The notes under the pieces were generated by a model. The model ran no database searches, was not told the origin of the DNA, and saw only the letters and a program-made list of their open reading frames with translations. From a virus (lineage: Duplodnaviria > Heunggongvirae > Uroviricota > Caudoviricetes), in IMG/VR virus record IMGVR_UViG_3300023181_000027, positions 1-35,472 of that record: DNA of 35,472 nucleotides; one strand, written 5' to 3'. Within the stretch, counting starts at the first letter, position 1; every line of letters begins with the position of its first letter. The translations under genes and the position numbers were made by a program. Positions 31,140-35,472 of the stretch are shown one piece after another.

Positions 31140-32194
31140 TAAAATATATCGTCATCATTCCAATCCTCATTTGGCTCGGAATAGTTTGTTTCGTGATTAT
31201 CAAAGAAATCACCATTAATGGTTCCACCAACAAGTTGATAAAACCATTTCATCTCACCTAACAATTGTTCGTCTACTGTATACTGAGCGGTGAGCCCAAG
31301 CTCTACTAACTTTCTATTGGCTCTATCGAACATGAAGTTCTTCAATTGCTTTCTAGTAATCGTAGTAAGATCACCCATTTCAAAGATCTTATCGATGTAC
31401 TTAAACTCTAAGTCCAACGATAGAGCAATACCTTCTCTCACAGACTCTTTAAAAGCTGAAGTCCAGATCGATGGATTCTCTTCAATTAGTGTACGAAACA
31501 ATTTACATCCACTCTCCGAATGGAGAGATTCATCACGAATTGAATAAATCATCTGCTGACTTATTCCCTTCATCCTATTAGATGGCCTAAACGATAACAT
31601 TACTGCAAAGCTACTAAATAACTGTATTCCTTCTGCACAAGCAGAAAACAGTCCAATACTTCTCGCAATATCAGATAACTCAACACCATTATCCCATTTA
31701 CTCTCAGCCCACTTTTTAATTGGTCCAGAGAAAGGAATCCAGTCAGGTATATCTTTAAGGATACTTACCCAGTCATTAGAACTATTAACTGCCATGAGAA
31801 GTTCTAGTTTGTTCATTGTCGCTTCATCTTGCAAGAAAGCTTCAAAGTCATTTAATCCTAGGGTCTCGTTTAAATAAGAATACGCCTCACTATGAATAGT
31901 TTCAGCGTCTGCAAAGGCGATAGCCATCTTCCTGATTTCTGGAACAGGGAACCATTTTGTGACGTAGGTAGACCAGTAATCTTCCACTTCAAGCTCTGTT
32001 TGAGCGAAGCCTTTTAGGATATTACCAATAACATTCTTCTCTTTCTCATCTAAGTTTTCATTCCAATCTCTTATATCAGATTGCATCGGTATTTTGTGAT
32101 GCATCCAATGAGCACTATGTTGTGCAAACCAAGCGTCAAAAGCCCATTGATATTCAAATGGCTTGTATGCTATTCTTTTGTCTCTTAAACCCAT
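31139..32194 (-). CDS. nrdB: ribonucleotide reductase class Ia beta subunit
   Basis: ETIH..AY, EGI.LFSSF, RDESLH. Confidence 0.95.
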   Translation of the reverse strand: MGLRDKRIAYKPFEYQWAFDAWFAQHSAHWMHHKIPMQSDIRDWNENLDEKEKNVIGNILKGFAQTELEVEDYWSTYVTKWFPVPEIRKMAIAFADAETIHSEAYSYLNETLGLNDFEAFLQDEATMNKLELLMAVNSSNDWVSILKDIPDWIPFSGPIKKWAESKWDNGVELSDIARSIGLFSACAEGIQLFSSFAVMLSFRPSNRMKGISQQMIYSIRDESLHSESGCKLFRTLIEENPSIWTSAFKESVREGIALSLDLEFKYIDKIFEMGDLTTITRKQLKNFMFDRANRKLVELGLTAQYTVDEQLLGEMKWFYQLVGGTINGDFFDNHETNYSEPNEDWNDDDIF

Positions 32195-32670
32195 TATTTG
32201 TAATATTCTGTATGGACACTCCTGTTGTCACCACAAGCAGTGCAGGTAAGTCTGCCTGAGAAGGAGTCCATTAGGGACACGATTTTATAACTTCCTTGAC
32301 AGTTGTTTACTATACAATCATTGCCCTCATCTAACATGAAAGGTGTAGGACCGTCTTCAACCAACATTTCACCTTCATCGTAGTCTTCATCTTCAAACTC
32401 TTCGTCTTCACCACTAATGTAATCTAATGGATTATAACCAGTAGTGAGATCATGTTTGAGAAATAAGTTTACGAAAGCGGGTTCATCAGTTACGAAAGTA
32501 ACATGCTCTTCTTCCAGCATACCATGAACTTCAGAGTGTTTACCAAGGATCTCACCAAAGTAAACATAGCTGCCAATAGCGTTGGCAACTTCCTCTTCTG
32601 TGGCGACAAATACTGAGGTAACCTCACCAGCTCTACCACAATCCCATTTAAACTTAAATATTGCTTGCAT
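32194..32670 (-). CDS. hypothetical protein with acidic tract and C-terminal Cys motif
   Basis: ORF only. Confidence 0.65.
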   Translation of the reverse strand: MQAIFKFKWDCGRAGEVTSVFVATEEEVANAIGSYVYFGEILGKHSEVHGMLEEEHVTFVTDEPAFVNLFLKHDLTTGYNPLDYISGEDEEFEDEDYDEGEMLVEDGPTPFMLDEGNDCIVNNCQGSYKIVSLMDSFSGRLTCTACGDNRSVHTEYYK

Positions 32671-33428
32671 TATTTTACAGATAACAATGTGTTGACCATC
32701 ATTGTCTTTTCGAAGCGATTCATAATGTCCTTAGTATCATCAGTGATCACTTGCGTGAACGCATTGTACACTTCATACATGCTCGCTTCCCTAGACGAAG
32801 GTACGAAATAATTAGAACTTTCATCAATAAAAAGTGACTTATACGCCTCTACAGCTACATTAGGTGATATCTTTACATTTTGCATACCATTATAGTAGTT
32901 CTGACGTAAAGAAGCATCTACCCAGCTGCCTAAGCGCTCAGTGACTTTCTCTTGTGCAAGAAACTCGCCTTTAAGCTTCTTAAGTGTTTGCTCAAATCCT
33001 GAAGATAATTCCAGCATCTTCTTGGTGTCAAGAGGAATACTCTCTCCAGGTTTAACTTCATTGACTACAAGCCATTTTGGGTCAAAGACAGTAAGGTTGG
33101 TACAAGCAGAGTTCAGGAAGCCACGATATAGTTTAGTGATTGGCTTGCGGACATCTAACCCGTATAAGAAACCTACCACTTCTTGGTGGCCATCGACGTT
33201 GTATTCTTTCGGAAGAACGGCTTCAATCAACACTCTATTATAAGTGATGTTCTCAGCATCGTCAATTTTAGTAATTTGATCAGGCAATTTAACTTTCACC
33301 CTAAAGTCTTTAGTAATACCACTCATCTTGTCGATGAAAGGTTGAACATAATCCTTAGTAGCTAAGTATTCTTTATTTTTAATCATGGTCGCTTGGCCAT
33401 TCAGTAATTCGCTTAGTGTAATTTCCAT
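32670..33428 (-). CDS. DUF932-like protein (crAss-like phage type)
   Basis: LL.G.AT.IK.KEYL.T..YV.PF...ACTNL pattern, recalled from crAss-like phages. Confidence 0.55.
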   Translation of the reverse strand: MEITLSELLNGQATMIKNKEYLATKDYVQPFIDKMSGITKDFRVKVKLPDQITKIDDAENITYNRVLIEAVLPKEYNVDGHQEVVGFLYGLDVRKPITKLYRGFLNSACTNLTVFDPKWLVVNEVKPGESIPLDTKKMLELSSGFEQTLKKLKGEFLAQEKVTERLGSWVDASLRQNYYNGMQNVKISPNVAVEAYKSLFIDESSNYFVPSSREASMYEVYNAFTQVITDDTKDIMNRFEKTMMVNTLLSVK

Positions 33429-34342
33429 TATATGATAAGTTTGTGTGTTTCACCTTTTGCATTTACGAAATATTGGAAGTTAATACGTTTAAAGAAGTCT
33501 TTAAAGCATTCATCTTTGAGACGAAGCGAATCTTCAAACCTATAGAACTTCTCCTCCGTTGAGGAGATGTCGTCCAACAATACTATAAATTTATTATCTT
33601 TTATGTATTTTTCATATCTTGCTTTGGTGTTACCGTCAACTTTTTCACCTATACATAGTATGGAGCCGGCCTCAATCGTAAACGTTTGTCTACCTTTCAC
33701 TCGTTCTATCGAGAAATTACTCTTTCCTGTCTTCACATAATCGTACGTGAATTCAGTTGGATGCTCTTTCAATGCGAAGTCTGTTCTACTTTCACCGAAG
33801 ATATAGTCGAGTACGCAATTAACGATCTTATCAGACCATTTTAGCACACTACTATCTTCTGGATCATAACTCTTACAACATGATGGTACAGTTGCGTTAT
33901 GTAGAACTACATTCTTACTACGTTTGAAATGGAGATAAAGAGCATTCTCCAGATTACTTGCATCACTTTCGTTAAAGCCGTTGTCAGCTAAGGTGATAAT
34001 AACAGCACTGGTCAAACAGTCCTTCTTAGAATTATCTGCATGCTCAGTCTGTCGTCTAGCTAAATCTCTCGACTTGCCTACATACACTTCAAGTATACGT
34101 GACTTGGAATAGTATTTATATAGGACATAGACACCTTGTGTATTATCTAGTTTTGGTAAATCTTCCACCCTAGAGTAGAAGACAAGTTTTAGCGTTTTAT
34201 TTAAAAGCCTAACTGTTTTACCACCATTCAACTTCTTCTGCTCAAAGGCAATTGGAGCGAATGGCTGACTAACATGTCCATTAAGTGCATTTGGAATGAT
34301 TAAAAGCTCAGTTCCTCTTGCTGGATCAATTATAAAACTCAT
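33428..34342 (-). CDS. GIY-YIG nuclease-domain protein
   Basis: GVYVL...VYVGKS.DL.RR..EH...LE..L. Confidence 0.78.
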   Translation of the reverse strand: MSFIIDPARGTELLIIPNALNGHVSQPFAPIAFEQKKLNGGKTVRLLNKTLKLVFYSRVEDLPKLDNTQGVYVLYKYYSKSRILEVYVGKSRDLARRQTEHADNSKKDCLTSAVIITLADNGFNESDASNLENALYLHFKRSKNVVLHNATVPSCCKSYDPEDSSVLKWSDKIVNCVLDYIFGESRTDFALKEHPTEFTYDYVKTGKSNFSIERVKGRQTFTIEAGSILCIGEKVDGNTKARYEKYIKDNKFIVLLDDISSTEEKFYRFEDSLRLKDECFKDFFKRINFQYFVNAKGETHKLII

Positions 34343-34348
34343 ATAACG

Positions 34349-34377
34349 AAAAAAGGGAATGTATTGCTACATTCCCT
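34349..34377 (-). terminator. intrinsic terminator
   Basis: AGGGAATGTA-GCAA-TACATTCCCT plus T-run. Confidence 0.85.
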
Positions 34378-34394
34378 GTGTCTTTTTGATTTTT

Positions 34395-34982
34395 TTACTC
34401 GGCAACGATACCGAAGAAGGTGTAAGTACCTTCAGTTGTGTTAACTGAAGGAGTGTAATCAACAACCATTGCAACAGATTGTGCAGGTCCTGGTTTCACA
34501 GTCTCTCCTTCTTTAACTTTAGATCCGGTCACCTCTTTTCCAAGACGTACGACAACCTTCACCTTATTGTCAGTCACATAAACCTTTGCTGCTTCTTCAG
34601 CATCACCTTTAGTGTCTTTGGTTAGAACCAAAGTACCACCTAAGCCGGTCTTTTCATCAGCACCTACGAAACCCTGATAAACAGTTTTCCACGTACGTGC
34701 TCCTTCGGTAACTATATTGGTAACCTTATAAGGTCTTTCTCTTGAATCGGCAACGCCTGACTCATTGGTGATAGAGAAACCGATCCCAGCGGCGCCTTTT
34801 ACTTTTTTCTCGATATACTCGCTTGCGAATGCGTCTAGGTGACGTCCTTCAGGTTTTCCATCTTTTTTGAATGCTGTAGTGGCTTCGAATTTCAAAGCTA
34901 CACCGTTCTTAGCTAATTCAGTTTTAGCAAATGCTTCATCGCGTGAGAAACCTTTAACGGTCTCAATTTTAATTTTTCCCAT
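34395..34982 (-). CDS. conserved hypothetical protein (crAss-like phage type)
   Basis: ESGVAD.RERPYKV.N....G.R..KTVYQ...YTPS.....G.Y.FFG pattern; own promoter and terminator. Confidence 0.65.
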   Translation of the reverse strand: MGKIKIETVKGFSRDEAFAKTELAKNGVALKFEATTAFKKDGKPEGRHLDAFASEYIEKKVKGAAGIGFSITNESGVADSRERPYKVTNIVTEGARTWKTVYQGFVGADEKTGLGGTLVLTKDTKGDAEEAAKVYVTDNKVKVVVRLGKEVTGSKVKEGETVKPGPAQSVAMVVDYTPSVNTTEGTYTFFGIVAE

Positions 34983-35027
34983 GTTTTCTATTATTACTTT
35001 TATTTGTTATTATTTCCTTTTGTTACA

Positions 35028-35059
35028 CAAAGATAACGAAACTTTATTGATCTACCAAA
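35028..35059 (-). promoter_or_regulatory. Bacteroidota sigma70-type promoter
   Basis: TTTG-20 nt-TATCTTTG. Confidence 0.78.
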
Positions 35060-35064
35060 TCTTT

Positions 35065-35472
35065 TTAATCTTTCTGACCCATATTGAAGCCAACAGTTTT
35101 TGCTTTACCCTTAGGTTTATGGAAAGTGGTGTTTTCTATAGTATCCGCCTGATCCTTGATCTTTGACTTAGCTTTTTTATAATCGAGATCCAACAGAATT
35201 ACGCTGATAAATAACTCTTTTAACTCAGCCAATGAATAACCATTCGTGTCCTTAGCCCACTTCACTGCCTCCGCTTCTTCCAATCCTTTGTTTATAAGGT
35301 AAGACTTCCTCACCTCAAGGTCCGGTTTCTCCACTTCAATAGCATAATCAAACCTCGATGGACGTAACAGTAAGTCGTTTAACTCATCAAAACGGTTAGT
35401 AGTAGCAATGACCACATTGTGATTTATACTATCATCACCATCTAGGAAGTTAAGTAGTGCTGATTCAAGACC
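35065..35472 (-). CDS. AAA+ ATPase, C-terminal part (5' end outside the window)
   Basis: LLNFLDG...VIATTN...LLRPSRFD second region of homology. Confidence 0.88.
   Translation of the reverse strand, partial: GLESALLNFLDGDDSINHNVVIATTNRFDELNDLLLRPSRFDYAIEVEKPDLEVRKSYLINKGLEEAEAVKWAKDTNGYSLAELKELFISVILLDLDYKKAKSKIKDQADTIENTTFHKPKGKAKTVGFNMGQKD

Noticed and set aside
29400-32194. Introns or inteins in nrdA/nrdB
   Set aside because: Both ORFs are continuous and of ordinary length.
140-35166. All plus-strand ORFs in the track and short nested minus-strand alternatives (e.g. 1126-1335, 25803-26078, 30641-30832)
   Set aside because: They are shadows of longer motif-bearing minus-strand genes or of tRNAs, with no recognisable motifs.
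1-35472. Window-wide TAG reassignment
   Set aside because: No conserved gene here is interrupted by TAG, gaps are filled by RNAs or short standard-code ORFs, and TAG terminates several ORFs.

Overview
This is a segment of a large dsDNA phage genome with essentially all real genes on the minus strand. The host is probably Bacteroidota (TAnnTTTG/-33 TTTG promoters), and the right end carries genes resembling crAss-like phage genes. Positions 1-20.4 kb hold a dispersed tRNA region with about 25 conventional or near-conventional tRNAs, including an amber (CUA) suppressor. These are interleaved with small ORFs, three HNH endonucleases, a CCA-adding enzyme, a PTH2-like hydrolase and nucleotide-processing enzymes. 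Positions 20.4-35.5 kb hold DNA/RNA metabolism genes: DNA ligase, ThyA, PNK, RNA ligase, DHFR, PhoH, thioredoxin, NrdAB, a DUF932-like protein, GIY-YIG and an AAA ATPase. The most unusual signal is a set of about nine tRNA-shaped RNAs. They keep an acceptor stem, a TTCGA T-arm, usually a D-arm and the same N73-C74 3' signature as the real tRNAs, but their anticodon arm is deleted, replaced or expanded. Five of them lie head-to-tail at 4514-5025. Other candidates are pseudoknots directly 5' of two tRNAs, an amber-containing uORF chain upstream of the PTH2 operon, and several structured spacer RNAs. All folds were assigned by eye, and protein family calls come from motif recognition without database searches.
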